Source: Spirogloea muscicola (taxonomy: Eukaryota). Taken from it: a DNA stretch of 41,166 bases. A program made the translations under genes and the position numbers. Below are positions 23,603-40,900 of the stretch, piece after piece (the stretch's first letter is position 1; each line of letters opens with the position of its first letter). The DNA is taken from NCBI GenBank assembly GCA_009602725.1, contig WELB01000020.1, positions 50,339 through 91,504 of the forward strand, in the 5' to 3' direction. The notes beneath the pieces were generated by a model. The model saw nothing but the letters and a program-made list of their open reading frames with translations, was not told the DNA's origin and did not search any database.

Positions 23603-26600
23603 CACTCGTCCGTGCACCAGCGCTTTCCGTCGAGCAAAGTGAAGATCGACGAGCTGTTCATCCAGTGGCTGTCGCTGCCCGAGTCCCAGAAGCTCGTGCT
23701 CAGCCTGCTGGACGACGCCAAGGCCGGCCTGCCGCTGGCCGGGCCCCAATCGGCGCTGGGCCAGGGCTCGCCCGGCGGCGCCGGCGGCGGCGGCATGTCG
23801 CCGCTCTCGCCGTCCAGCGCGCAGTCTCTGTTTGCCAGCTCCAGCACGCCCCCCCTTTCCCCGCGCTCCGGGGGCGCCTCCGGCAGCTCCGGCTCCCCGC
23901 TGTCCCCCAAGTCCCCCATGCAGCGCCAGGGCACTGCGCCTGCGCCCACCGGGTCGCCCACGCTGCACAAGCCCGCGGAAGCCGTGCCCCAGGAGGTCAT
24001 CCCGCCGGTGCGTTGCCACCACGCCGGCCTGCCTGGCCCGACCTGCCACAGTGCCACGAGCTGACCTCAGTGTCGCTCACAAGGAGCACTGAGCTGGTTG
24101 CAGCAGGGGCCTTGCCTCTGGACATGCTGCAGCATTCTTGAGAGTGTTGGCTAGCTAGTCGTGAGCATTGCTCAGCCTGCCCTGCTTCGTGCTCTTCCGC
24201 AAATCTCCTCTTTCTGGGGGCCAGTACCCCGACCGGGTGGTAGCAGACTGCCGGCTCAGCAAGCACCGCTCTGTGGAGCTGAGCACGGCGTGGCTGAGCC
24301 TGTGTCTGCAGTTCTACTTCCCCGACGGTCCTCCGCCAGCCAGGGATGTAGCGGAGGAGTGGCGGGCCAAGCTTGACGAGCTCTTCAGCGGCTACCCAGA
24401 CGGCTTGCCCCCATCCGGTTGGCATCATCCCTCATGCCCAGCTTCTCAGACCAGCAACATGAAGCTGCGGCTGCAGTGGGCTGTCAGATCGACTTAATAG
24501 TGCTGAGCAGCGACATAGCTCAAGGGTGGGGTCACCCATTCCCTTTGGACCAGGAGCACATGAAGCCATCGAACCCTGAATCCGCCTCATGGAAATCAGG
24601 TCTTTCCGTGTGAATGGTGCCAGTAGTACACCACAGACTTGGGCTCTGCTTCATACACATATTCAAGGAGACTGAGCAGAGCATGTGCATGTGCGAGTCC
24701 GGCCAGCATTCCAGGTGGTTACGAAGGAGGTCTGCCAGCTCCCCAGCTACTTCAACAGCTGCCTTTTCCACAAGGTGGACCCTGCTGGCAGGGGGTCCAT
24801 CACCAGGTAAAATTATTCTCAGCAGACGGTCTGCTGTCGTGGGCTTTGTCAAAGTAGTTAGTCAGAGCCAGGGGCGCGGTGCTGTTCATTTCTGGTAGAT
24901 GCTGCAGTGTCTTCTTGACAGGGCGACTCATGTCTGACACTGGGCATGTCATCCATAATGCTGGGGCATTGCCTGCCTGAACCCCTGCACCGCTCTGGTG
25001 TTGCAGGGAAGCCTTTGTGAAGTTTTGGGTGGAGAGCCACCTCATTCTTGCGGACCTCCCGACGCGGGTGTTTGCTGCATTGAAACAGTTAAATCGAGAG
25101 CACCTGACACAGGTAAGAAGCTGTTATCGCAGGGTTCCTCCTGGGCCCGAGGGTCCTTGTTGCTATTTGGCAGAGGTGCACTGGGGTGCACAGCAGCTGT
25201 TGCTGCCGATTCTAATGGGCGTGTATCATGAGCTTGCACTGCTGGCTATGCCACGCGTTCATGCCAGTTCTAACACCTTTCACTTTGAGGGCGGAGCAAA
25301 ATGATGCCTCTGATTTTGCCCGCCCTGATGGCATACTTGATGGAGGCTTACATTGCGCAATTGGGCTAAACGTGACGAGCAGGATGACTTCAAGCCGCTG
25401 CTGCGTGAGCTCTTGATTGTTCATCCAGGCCTGGAGTTCCTGCATGACACACCAGAGTTCCAGGATAGATACGGTGTGCCCATCCACTATCCTGTTGACA
25501 TGTCTGCGAGGTCCTCTGAGATATTGCAGCAGAGGCTCGAGCGTTTGACATGTGCTGCAGCCTTGCTCCGCTGATCAGCTGTGATGCTCTTGTCACCTTT
25601 TTTCTGCAGCGGAGACTGTGATATACAGGATCTTTTATCATGTCAACAGGTCCGGTAATGGGCGCATGCTGCTGAAAGAGCTCAAGCGGAGTAATCTTGT
25701 TGCAGCTCTGCAGCAAGTGGACGAGGAGGAGGATATCAACAAGATACTTAGGTAGGCCCCTGGAGTACCCAACGTACTATGCGTGCAGCTCGTGCCTCTT
25801 GTGGACGTGCTCCGACCATGAGAGGGGAGCTGGTTTCTTCCTAGCTTGTCTGCCTCCTTATAGGCCAGGCTCAGGGCGCGTCAACTCTCAGTCTCTCAGG
25901 ACGGGACTTGTGCTTGCTGTTGTCTTCTGCGTAAGGGTCTTGTGGCCCAATACCGAGATGGCAGCTTGTGACGCTCTGTCCTGCCCTCTTGCGGCATATG
26001 GTACAAGCTACATGTGATCCTCATCATGCCCTTTGTGTGCAGATATTTCTCTTATGAGCACTTCTATGTGATATACTGCAAGTTCTGGGAATTAGACTCA
26101 GATCACGACTTCCTTATAGATAAGGACGATCTCCTCCGATATGGAAACCACGCTCTTACGTACCGCATTGTGGAACGGATCTTCTCTCAAGTGAGGACCT
26201 CACCCCCCATGCAGTTATCGTCGGCAAGTGCAGATAGCAGCTGCTCTGGGCAACTGAGTCCATAGTTTGTCATGGTGCTTGATTGTGACATGGCCCCTGT
26301 GTACCCCGGCTTGTGAGAAGGCTGCTATGCCATCTTGAAGTGAGGCAGAGCACTTGCCATTGGCAGGTTCCGCGCAGGTTCACAAGCAGGGTGGAGAGCA
26401 AGATGGGCTACGAGGATTTTGTTTGGTTTATCCTCTCCGAGGAGGACAAGTCCTCCGAGCCAAGTCTGGAATATTGGTAAGATTTGCTGACATGCGATTC
26501 CTGCCATATTTGTCATACATTACTCAAGTTGCAATTTGCCCTGGTCATAGGAGGGGCATGGGCAGGTGCTCTTCTGCTCTCACAAGCTGCTAACTTGCAG

Positions 26601-27436
26601 CTGCTGCTCGCCTATGTGGCTCTCCCGCACTTTCTTGGCACTCAGCATCAAGCTCGTGATGGCTGCGGCGGGACATAGGTAGTAGGGGTACGATGCTGTG
26701 AGTTTGGCAAGCACGGCATCTCTAATTCTCCACTGGAGTTGATCTGCCAGGTTCAAGTGTGTGGACATGGACTGTGACGGCCGGATCACGCCCAATGAGA
26801 TGCAGTACTTCTACGAAGAGCAGCTGCACCGGATGGAGTGCATGGCCCAGGACCCAGTTTTGTTCGAGGATATTGTCTGCCAGATGGCCGACATGATTAA
26901 TCCAGCTGTAAGTTGGCCTCTAGCTGGCCTGCACTGCTCGCCCCGAGGAACTGGATGGAGCAGCGACAGCAGCCTTGACCAGCTAGGTGGCCTCACAGAC
27001 ACCTCCCGACTGCAATGTGGTATTGTGCAGAAAGAGGGGCAACTGACCCTGCGCGACCTCAAGCGTTGCAAGCTGGCTGGCAATTTCTTCAACATCCTCT
27101 TCAACTTGAACAAGTTTGTGGCATTCGAGACACGAGACCCATTCCTCATTCGCCAGGTCAGAGGGTTGTCCCTGCCTTCTCATGCCTGTAGATGCTGCTG
27201 GCTGAAGTTGAGCTATGTTTTCGTGAATCCGAGCAGCCAAGCAGCCTGGCGGCCTGGTCCTTATGTGTATCCTCTCACCGATTCTGCTTACTCAGGAGCG
27301 AGAGGACCCTACCTTGACTGAGTGGGACAGATTCGCAAGGGCAGAGTACATTCGTCTGTCAATGGAAGATGAAGGAGAGGACGCCTCCAATGGTAGCGCA
27401 GAGGTCTGGGATGAGTCTCTAGAGTCGCCCTTCTGA
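23552..27436 (+). CDS. Protein phosphatase 2A regulatory subunit B'' (EF-hand, PR72 family), 5'-partial
   Basis: [110 protein letters not shown], and C-terminal WDESLESPF*. Confidence 0.93.
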
Positions 27437-28240
27437 TTGCTTCATGATTCATAGTCGGTGCGTATGCTTAATTGACCTGCACATTCCTCCTTAGATTGTG
27501 CTCAGATGGTAGGGGATCAACAACCCATGCAATGTCATGACAGAGAACTGGCATGACCAAACCGTTGAGGCTGTGGGGATCTCTCAGACGTCCTTTGCAG
27601 CACATTGATTGAATTTAAAGACTACCAAGTCCTCAGTCGGTTGTTCATTGAGGACATGATGAGGAGCCAGTGGGTGACGTGGAATGAGACCTCGCAGTCC
27701 CTTTTGCAAGTGTCACGCGGCTAACCAAGCACCTGAGAGGAGGAGCTGGATGCTGGATGCAAATTGCGAGGCCGCAAGACAGCCCCTTTCAGTGACTCGC
27801 TGCTCTTGTGTGACTGAGATTCCCCTTAAGGTCTCAACCTGTGCTCAGGAAGTCTGGCATGGGGAGACGGGACTCTTGATTGCGGCAGGCCGCAGAGGTG
27901 CTTGCCATGCGCCTCGGTTACCGGCATCGCTCCCGTGGATACCCGCAGTCCCTGCAGTGCAACCTGCGGAGGCCCCAGAAGCTAGGACAAGAGCCACTCA
28001 AGGACAGGGTTGACAGCCTGGATGCAGGCAAGCAGGTAAAGCCCGCCCATGCCAGCCGGCGAAGGAGCAGCAACACCATACTGCTCACCTGGCGAGGCTG
28101 GCACTGGCGGGAGCAGGGTCTGCTGGTCCACGGGCCAGCTAGACGGCGACGAGGGCTGCTGGCATTGCGAGACCCAGTGCGCGGGCTGCGGGAGTCGCGT
28201 GGCCCGTTGCGCGGGTGGTCATGGCCACACCATGGCGGCG

Positions 28241-28445
28241 TCAGGGGCGGGCGCCGGCGAGAGGGCTCGCGAGGCGCTGCATGCAGAGCGAGAAGCGGCG
28301 GGCCCGGTCGTCGTCGATCTCGCCCTCCTCCAGCTCGTCGCCGCCGTAGACCTGGTCGTAGCAGGCGGGCGAGACGCAGCGGCGGACGCGGTTGAGGCCG
28401 GCGGCGGGGCCGCAGGCGCCGGGCGGGCGGCCCGCCGGCGCGAGG
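28241..28445 (-). CDS. 3' part of a small Cys-containing DUF4787-like protein
   Basis: RCVSPACYDQVYGGDELEEGEIDDDRARRFSLCM matches the C.SP.CY..(I/V)Y....LEEGE.D..R...F..C pattern as I recall it. The 5' end is lost in the gap. Confidence 0.6.
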
Positions 28446-28447
28446 AG

Positions 28448-28735
<288 letters not shown>

Positions 28736-28861
28736 GCGACCCCCGCGCGCCGGCCGCCGTCGCCGCCGCCGCGCCCTCGCGCCAGCTCCCCACCGGTACT
28801 CTCGGTAGCCCCCCCACGGCAACCCGGCTGGCACGCCGTCGCCGCCGCAGCGCCGCATTGC

Positions 28862-31609
<2,748 letters not shown>

Positions 31610-32002
31610 ATCAATGAGTATGAGTCAGCTAGGCCGTCCAGGCCTCTGCAACCTTCTCGCTCATCCTTTGTCAGATACTTGTGACCTGCTTCAAGTACAT
31701 ATTCACCTGGATGACTACCTGCTGCGTGGCGTGTGGCTGAGCTACAAGGGGATGGGCACAGGCCTTTGTCCTCACTTGTGCATTTTGCACATCAAGGATG
31801 GTCTTTGACGTCTTCCCTGCGGCCCTTTCTGGCGGCTGAATCTTTGCAGATGCCCTTGTGGAGAACAGGTGTCCTAAATCGAGCTGACTTGTGTACCTCT
31901 AAAACCTTGTTGCCTACACGACGACGAGTGTTGGAGAACCTAACTAGAGAACCTCGGCCGGGAAGCCGGCATTTGGTAAAACTTCTGCACAATTGTTGCA
32001 GG

Positions 32003-35000
32003 TCATTTCCAAGGAGAGTCTCCGCGCTGGCTAGGTGACCGCAGTAGCAGGGAAGCCTGAAATAGGTCTCCTACGATGCGCTCCACATCAGCTGGTTGGA
32101 ATCTGAGGTACTTGTCTGGATGACGCCCATTCTCTGCGCCACAAACAGACATACCTATGTCATAAGGTGAAATCAAATTTAGCGACACGATAGACACAAC
32201 AGAAGCATCAATGATGTGATCGTGACCTCACCTATCAAGCCGCCATACTTTGCACAGAAAGCTCGGTACGTCGGCACCAGCCGTGAGGTTATCTGCTGCC
32301 GCACTGTCTCCCTCAACTGCAAGGGCCAGCTGGCAAGGTCAGGCCATGATCCCTCTGGCCACAGGTGAACAAGAAGGCTGCAACAAGTGGTGAGATTCCA
32401 CGACGACGCCGGTAATGCACCGACCTGGGGGTCAGGAATGACCCATGAGATGTGGGCACGGTGCGCCTCCTCAAGAAAGTTGTTGAACTGCCGCAAACGT
32501 TCCTTGAGGATGTTTCGAGACACTGCCCCGTGCATCACCGCAAACAGTGGCCCAGAAGCTCCGCCGTGACTGTGGTTCTGCAGACCCTCCTCCTTAAGGC
32601 TAGCCAGCACCCTCCCCCAGGCACACCTCAGGTACTCCTCTGCGTACTGCCGCACCATGCTCTCATGACGCTCTAGCCACTCGGGGCCAACCATGTTCTG
32701 CAGCTCGGACGCCCTCACCTGGAACAGCACATGAGAGCATAGATGTCACATCAATGTAAGGCAGCTCAACAAGATCCACAGTAAAGTACTACTCTAAACG
32801 AGGTGCACACTTTGCTTGGGAAGCACCTCCAATATCACGTACTGTATGTTATTGCTTGTGGAATACCTTCATTGTCATGTATTGAATGTTGTTCATCAGG
32901 AAGAGGCTGGACAGTGCAGGCTCCCTGTAGAGCCTAGACTTCATGTCCAGATTTGAGTGCAGCACGTGCAGCTTCCACATTGTGCTGGCTGACAATGCAT
33001 CGACCCGCCTCCTGTGCGTCCTCGTCGGCGTTTCTCTCCAACTCATGCCTGCCCTCTGCAGGCTTGGCCCTGCATTCCTCTCCTCAGACAGCCGGCCTGC
33101 CTCTCCCCCCCCCTCAGCATCATTGTCATCTTCATCCTCGGTCTCGTCCTCCCCAAGATACTCGTCTTCGGTAGATTGGTCGGCTGCAGCAGTGGACTGC
33201 ATCTGTGCAGCAGACCCAGCCAATACGACGTTGAAGGAAGATGGATACAAGGAGAGTGGTGGTAAGGCATGGCTACAGATGTCACTATCATGTAGTAGCA
33301 CGACCGGGGAAGGAGATACCCTGGGGAGGGCTATAGAAGCGGCATCCTCTGAGAAAAGCTTCCGTAGAGTCTTGCGGTAGTCGTAGAGGACCACGAGGTA
33401 GTTGACCACATAGCGCGTGAGCGGGTGCACTCCGCCGCCAGCAGCAGGTGTCTTGGTGGCATCGCGCTCAATGGCATTCTCAAACTTGGCAAATATGCTC
33501 CTCGCAGCCTCATTTAGGCGCTGCAGCGCCAGGTGCGCCTCCTCCCGCAGGGACTGGCAAGGGTGGCCTCGGAACACCGATTCCACGGCTGGCAGTAGGT
33601 CTCTGACTACCTCGCACATCTGGAGTGAACGTGAATTGCAGCGACCTCCTTCAGCATCTAGGGCAGTCCATGCCTTGTGTTGCTTCTGCTGATGTAAAAG
33701 TCCAACAGCTGCACATCCAGGACAATGCTGAAACTGCGAGCTCACCTCCAGGATCCGGAACAGCTTCTCAGGTGAGCGCTTGCCAGTAGCCACAGCCTCG
33801 CTGAACCCAAGCAGCGCACGCATCCCGCTCTTGGCAACTTCTGCAAAGCAAACCTCGCCATACTGCACACAGGCTTCGACAAGCAATGCTCATTCTCATG
33901 GCTTGCCTCCTCAGCCGCTGACCAACCAGCGGCCTGCGTGACTGGGAGGCCAGATCCTCATGTCCTTTGCATAAAGCATTCAAGTTGGCAAGAGCATGAC
34001 ATGAAGCACAGAAAAATACCTGGGCTGCTCCAACCATGACCTGCTCGCACAAATGCCTTTCACTGCCGAGCAGCACGCGGACTGCAACTCCCATGTACTG
34101 CACGCTCGTCAGCCAAGAGACGTGCCCACCAGGCGCCTTCCCCTATCACTTCTCAGTTCAGGACAATGAGGAGGTGGAAAGCTTCCCTGCTTCTGCTCCG
34201 CTGTCTGCTATACTTCATCAGAGGCAGCTAAGGGAGGCAAGGGGGACATGAACGACCATGGACCTGCAGCCAGCTGATGACGCGCTTCTCCAGCGCAGGC
34301 CAAGGCAGCTTGAGCAGCTGTTCCTGTGCGAGGGGCTGCATGAACAAGGTTCAAAATGCATGAGGATGCTGCGAGCGCAGCAGCATGAGATGAAAAGCTC
34401 CTGCAGGGGGCATGCTGTTGCCTCACCATCGCACCCAGGCGGTCCAGGCTCTCCTCTACAACGGCGCGCCGTGCTTCGCTATAGGCATGACACATCCTTC
34501 TTGCATACTGTGGCCCTGCAACAACCACCGATCAAAGAGCTCCAACATCCGTCAAGAAGCCGACCAAGCCCTGTTCATGTGTTGTGCCGGTGCAGGTACG
34601 GATGACTTCACGAGCCAGAGTACAAGGGTGCGCAGGAGAAGAGAAGTCCTTGCCTGCATTTGCCATGCGCGTGGAGATCTCCTGCAAGGAGGCAATGGTG
34701 CGGTCCGGGAGCAGCGGCAGCGTGAGGCGGGACTGGTGGCCAGAGTTGGAGGCGCCGAACGCGCTCAAGTGCCGCCGGCGCTCGTCCTCGTCCTCGTCGT
34801 CCGAGTCGCCGGGGTCGTCGTCTTGCGTCCAGAGGGCGTGGGCAGGGCCGCTCTCGTCCTCGCTGCTCGTCGAGTCGTCGGCCACGGAGGCCGAGGACGG
34901 CGTCTGCGGCCGCCCCTGGGGCAGCTGCAGCTGGTGGTGGCGCCCCAGGGCCAGGCGCGACAGCGAGGGGGTGTTGGAGGCGGAAAAGGGGGAGGACGGG

Positions 35001-35897
35001 GACGGGAACATGGCGTCGCCGTCCAGGGAGAGGGCTCGGGAGCGCGGAGCCGGGGAGGAGGCGGCGGAGGGCGTGGCGGCGGCCAGGATGGGGTTGAGGC
35101 GCGGGTTGGGGTAGCGGTTGAGGTAGGGGTCGTCCAGGATGGCCACCGCCTCGTAGATGTGCACGGGGTCCACGGACGCGCTGTCGGCGAGGAGGATGTG
35201 CAGAAACTCGGTCTCCAGGCGCGCCATGGCGACGTGCAGGAGCTTCAGGGCGCGGCCCAGCGAACCGCTGCTGCGCCCCGACGCCCCCAGCTCCGCCGCG
35301 GACTGCAGCAGCGCGTCCACCGCGGCGATGTAGCTCTCGGCGTCCTGCCGGGGCCCGCTCCAGATGCGCGAGCTGCGGTGGCCGTGCTCCTCCCACGACA
35401 GCACGCGCTCCCCCGGGGAGCCCACCCACGCCTCCGGCTCGCCAGCGCTGGCCTCGGGCGGGCCGCCGGGCTGCGGCAGGTCCTGCGCGCGGGCAGTGGC
35501 ACCACGCCCCGCTGCTCGCACGTCAGAGGGCCGGGCGAAGCAATGCCTGGCGCTGGCATGGCCTCGGCCGGCGGTGGGGGACTGGTGTGGGGGCTGCTGC
35601 GCCGGTCGCAGCGTCCTTCACCTCGCCTCGCGGCGTGGGGGACGGGGCGGCGCGCCGCAGGTACTCCGGCGGCGGCGGCGGCGGCGCGGGCTGCGCGGCG
35701 GCGGCGACGGCGTCGCCGAGGTCGGCGAAGCGGGTGTCGAAGGAGCCGAAGATGCGGATCATGTCGGCGGTCACGTCGTGGCCGTGCGACAGGCTGTGCA
35801 CGATCTGCTGCGCCGTCGCCAGCACCTTGTCCTCGCCGTCCAGCGCCGCGGCGGCGGCGGCGGCGGCGGCGGCCGCGTCGCCGGCGGCGGCGGCCAT
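32003..35897 (-). CDS. EXO70: Exocyst subunit Exo70 (Exo70F-like N-terminus), about 11 exons
   Basis: GEDKVLATAQQIVHSL..DMIRIFGSFDTRF, AMARLETEFLHIL, KRSPEKLFRILEM, GGGVHPLTRYVVNYL, LFLMNNIQYM, WVIPDPQLRE, KYLRFQPADVE..V.DLF. Confidence 0.9.
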
Positions 35898-35909
35898 GGT
35901 CACGCGGGN

Positions 35910-38900
35910 TCGCCCGGCGGCGGCCGCGCGCCCGCCGCCGCCGGCGGCGGCGGCCAGAGCTTCATATTCTCGCTGCTGCGCATGGCGGCCTTCTGGTACA
36001 TCGCGTCCACGTTCTTCGGCAAGAAGGCGCCGCGTGACCCCGCGGCGCTTGCGCACAACCTCTTCGCGCCCGACGAGCGCCTGGTCTGCCCTCTCAGGAT
36101 TCTGTCTCGCACCCGATCCCCCGCTCTGGCCATGGCCGCGGCGTGGAGGCCCTCACGTTGGCCCTCTCGCCCCCCCCCCCACGACGGGCGCAGGACGTGT
36201 GGGTGTACCTGTCCGAGGACCCCGCCTTCGCCGATCTGGGCAGCGAGGAGGCGCTGGTGTGGTACGAGAGCTCGCTGCCCTACGCCTCCCACAAGCCCGG
36301 CAACGAGCGCACCTCCCAGTACTCCTACAAGCCGTCCCACGTGAGTTGTCAGCTGCTTCTCGCCGCCGCCCCCCCAGCTCGGCGCACGCCGATCCGGCCC
36401 GCAAAGCTGCCTTTTCGTGGCAAGGAGACAGCGAAACAAGCAAAGGTCTCATCGACAGTATGGGAAGGTGGAGGGGTGGCAGGACGGAGGAAGTGGGCTC
36501 TGAACTCTTTGCATCATGGAGCCCTGCATATCAGAAGGGGTGAGGGCACGCCCGCACAAGGTGGCTGGTCGCAGCCCCCTTCATGGCTAAGGAGCATTCA
36601 GCGTCGCAACCGGCAGCTGAGAGATTTCTGATGTCGAGCAGGCAGTCCAGCACAATGCCACGGTGTACGCGCACATCTTCGTTGCCAGAACCGGATACTC
36701 GCCCGACCCCAACGACCCAACTTACGATTCTTCCGCCACCTTCAATGCCAGCCACCGTAAGCTCCTGCCCTGGAAAAGTACAGTGGTCATCTGCATTCTC
36801 CTCGAGCATCAGCATCGAGCTTCACGGAGCCAAGATAGCTGCAATCAGAGGAGGTTCAGAGTGGAGGAGTAGACTGATGGGGGTTTCTGAGAGCTACCCA
36901 AGTGCGTATAGTCAGTTGTACAGGGCATGCAAGAAATCAGGGTGGGCGAGATCAAAGTGGGCTAGGCCAAGTTGGCTAGGCTACCTTCCTGAGCGCACTT
37001 GTCTGGCTAGATCATGAGAGTGACCTGCATGACGAGGAGGCCTGGTCAGCGCTGTTTGCATTTTAACATCGCTGGTGGTGGAATCTTTGGGCAGCTCTCA
37101 TTGTCTATGCGAAGAGACCCAAGTTGGACAAGCGCAAAAACCTCCTGGGGGCCGCTGTGAACGAGGTAAAGCCCAGTCGATTTTTTTGAAGATCGTGCAG
37201 TTGGCCTTGTGGCAGCGGCCATGGTCAAGCTGCCGGAGGGACTTCGCATTTCCTGTACGCTTCCAAGCATCACTTGTACTGGATGCTGCATATTGAATTG
37301 CTCACAAGCGTGGATTCTGCTTGACAGGAGTCTGCCAAGAATCTCTTGAACGAAAAGGACAAGGTCAATGACAAGGAGACTGAGGGAGCCGATGAGGGCA
37401 CTGATGTGGATGTGAAGGATGGAGGTGATGAGGACGATGATGAACCACAAGAGTGGATCGCCTATTGGAAGCCTAACATGACCATTGCCCTCATCGAAGA
37501 TTTCACCAAGTCAGTCACTCTTGCCTTGGGGCTGTCATGTTCTCAGGTCATTGTGGCAAGGTCGCATTTGTTGCCATATATCTAGCTCATCAACTATCGG
37601 AATTTCCTATCTCTGCATATTGGGAGGTAAGGCTGGTATACTGATTATCTACCTCTTCTTTCGCCTACAGTTACCCAAAAAATCAGGTGCCGGATCCAAT
37701 TCGGCAATGTATCCTGATACATGTCTGGCTGTGAGCTTTATCATTGTGGCTCACAAACATGCTGGTTAAATGCTGACACTTGTTGAAGACATCCTCCGAA
37801 GTGCTGTATACCTGCTCCCCTTTCTTGTTGTTGAGATGATGCCTTGCCAAGGGGATTAGCTTGCAGCCACTCATTCTCAACCTTTGGCACCTTAACTCCC
37901 GTGCCCAAAGTCATGCGTTTTGATGAAGTGGGCAACTACTACCCCACTGTGTTTGTCAGCGACTTCTGGCTCCTGAGGGACAAGTGGATTCCCGTGAATG
38001 AGACTGTGGACCAGCTACCATTGACAGTGTGGTTGGGATCTATGGGACTCTGGAAATGGCAGATTTATGTGCAAATGGAGCAGTCTTTCAAGATACAGGC
38101 CAGTTTTGGCAGCATGGTGGAGGGAGAGTCTGACGAGCTCAAGGTTTGAACCTATATGAGCTGTCCAGCCTGCAGCAACACTTGTCACAAGTCAAAATTA
38201 CTGCTCTGCTGTGGTTGCTTTTGGTCTTTGAGTTCTCTGCAGACAACAAGGTCCCGTATGTGTTGATGACAATAAACTCAGCTCAGTCTGCCTTGTGTGT
38301 CTGTCGACAGCGTGTATTCTTGGAAGGCAACCCTGTCCTACTGGCTATTACAGTGGTCGTCTCCATCTTCCATTCCGTCTTTGACTTCCTCGCCTTCAAA
38401 AATGGTCTCTGTGACAGATCCTGCTTTTATGTCTTCTTGTCAGCTGAGGCCACGTAGTCTGCATGCAGGCCTTGCGGCAGAAGTTCTTGGAGGCTTTGCA
38501 GAATAACCTGTTCTCTGATACATTGTGCCAATGTGCTTGCAAGCCGGTACATGCTCTTTATGCCACGAAGCCATACTTGTCAGGAGTTAGTGCAAGAGAT
38601 GCTCTCCCACTTGGGCAGTATGCATTTTGCAACTCAATGATCCATGGTGGAGTATGTGATGCCTTTAGCTCACATGTGCTGTGGTGTGGCACAGATATAC
38701 AATTCTGGAACTCAAACAAGTCGATGGAGGGTTTGTCCGCGCGTTCAGTTGTGATGAACTTCGTCTGTCAACTTATCATTTTCCTGTACTTACTCGACAA
38801 TGAGACCAGCTGGATGATCCTCATCAGCTCTGCTTGCGGTTGCGCCATCGAGTTCTGGAAGATTGGCAAGGCTATGCACATAACGGTGAGCGCAGGCCTT

Positions 38901-40332
38901 CGACATTCAATGGTGTGCCTGACAGCAGCTTGTGAGAAGTTTGTAGAGACGGCCCGCATGCTCTGGCTTGTTATGTCCTCATGGACTTTGTCGGACTGAC
39001 TGGCTCTCCTTGATTCACATTGACTTCTTGTTTGCTCTCAGATTGATCGTAGCGGCCAGTTCCCTGTCCTTCGTTTCAAGGACAGAGAGTCGTATGCAAA
39101 GAATCAGACCAAAGAGTATGATGCACAAGCGTCGAAGTATTTGGCATATGCTCTCTACCCACTGGTTTTTGGTTATGGAGTATACTCTCTCATGTACCAG
39201 TCACATAAGAGTTGGTACTCTTGGATCCTTTCTTCGCTTACGGGCTGTGTATATACTTTTGGTGAGTCAGAATCTGGCACGTGTTCAGAAGCAGAGAGAA
39301 TGAGGATTTGACATTCTAATGCAAGCCGGGCGGCAGCATGTGGTGCATGCCCCATGCTTGCGTGGCAACAAGATAGCACGGTAGAATCAAGCTTTGTGGG
39401 TTCCCATGTGCTTTCCTTATGTTGTTTTGGACATTAAGAGTCCTGCTTTTGCACGGGTTGAGAAGTGCTTGCCACTAACGTAATGTCGATCTCCAGGCTT
39501 TATCATGATGTGTCCACAACTTTTCATCAATTACAAGCTTAAGTCAGTGGCTCATTTGCCCTGGCGCCAAATGACTTACAAGTTCCTGAATACCATCATT
39601 GACGACCTGTTTGCATTCGTCATCAAGATGCCCCTGTTGCACCGTTTATCAGTTTTCCGGGATGGTAAGCATTTGCAGGGAGCTTCCTCTGCAGGCAATG
39701 TGCTCCTTTCTACTTTGCATCTGCTGCTGCAGAAGAGTTGGGGCTGCTTGATATGAGCTTTTGAGGAGTCATTTGAGAAGCAAGCTTGCCGTGTCGCCTT
39801 GCAGATATCATCTTCTTGATATATCTGTACCAGAGGTGGATATATCCAGTGGACCAGAAACGAGTGAACGAGTTCGGCTTTGGGGGCAAAGAAGCCGATA
39901 CTCCAGAGGCTCGCCTGGTGAGGGAATACTGCTGTCCTCAGGTTGCAGCACCTGTTGTCTTGTTCTATGTGAATGTTGTTTCTCCTCGTGAATCCCGAGA
40001 AGAAGGTGCTGAGTGTTGCTGGAGGGCTCTTTGCCTGCACGGTTGTCAGGTTGGCTGGAAGCTGGTGTTTGATGAAGTCGCTCATGAGGTTCTCACACAC
40101 TCTTGTCGAGACCTTGCAGGCTGGTCCTCCACCTAACGCCGAGGTGGCAGGCTTGGCTGGAGCCATTGAGGGCGAGGCTGGTGGAGGTGATGCTCAAGCA
40201 GGAATAACGGAGGGTAGCTTGAGTAGAACAGTAGCTGGTGCTAGGTCCAGAGCAGACAGCAGCGACATTGTCACGGACAGGCCAGAGGCAGAGGCCCAAG
40301 CGGAGCAGCCCGGCGGCAAGAAGCTGCTGTGA
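35910..40332 (+). CDS. CLPTM1-family membrane protein (putative lipid scramblase), 5'-partial, 13 exons
   Basis: VYAHIF, WIAYWKPNMTI, YYPTVFVSDFWLLRDK, ESDELKRVFLEGNP, FDFLAFKNDIQFW, MCPQLFINYKLKSVAHLPWRQMTYKFLNTIIDDLFAFVIKMP, YLYQRWIYPVD..RVNEFG; C-terminal KKLL*. Confidence 0.93.
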
Positions 40333-40729
40333 AAGTAGCAGAGACCTCGGTATGAGCCTTTTGTGAATATTGCGCCAGGTGTTTCCCGTGGGCCTACGGT
40401 GATTTGCTTGCAAGAGCGTCCCCTTAGTCTTCAATGGATTCCTTGCAGGGCTGCCAGCCCCACTTGGAAGCCGAATGCGTGTTGAGTGATGGAGGGCCTC
40501 AGTGGCCAAGGACGAACCAAAGCACATGGTCAGATAGATGTACATCACCTGCTGCGGAGGGTGAGAGCCTGGGGCTGTGCCGGAGTAGCAGAGGAAAGGA
40601 GGAGGGGCTTGATGCTGCAGGTACAACATGCAGGTTGTCTCGAGGACGAGCTCTGACATGAGCTACTGAACTGTCGTCGGCTGAGGCACGTCCAGGATGG
40701 GCAGGCAGCTTCCGGGGGTTTCCATCCCA

Positions 40730-40900
40730 GGATGTGAGGCTCCTCACTCGTAACAACTAAGTGGTCCATCCTCCCCCGTTCTGCCATGGCCTCTTCAGGC
40801 CCCGCAGTCGCTGCTTAGCTCGTAGTTTGGCCCCTTCGAACCTTGTCAATTCTTTTCGGGCTGGCTTCTCACAGCCCTTGCCCCCTTTGGGAGAGCCACT
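40730..40900 (+). mobile_element. Solo 171-bp 3' end of the subfamily-A RLE retroelement
   Basis: Near-identical to 307-408 joined to the reverse complement of 1-94: ggatgtgaggctcctcactcgtaac...gggctggcttctcacagccc...gagagccact. Confidence 0.9.

Noticed and set aside
22279..24141. Long ORFs of 430-590 aa
   Set aside because: They are mostly N-derived X residues.
34412..36037. 541-aa plus-strand ORF
   Set aside because: It is the antisense shadow of GC-rich Exo70 exons and has no motifs of its own.
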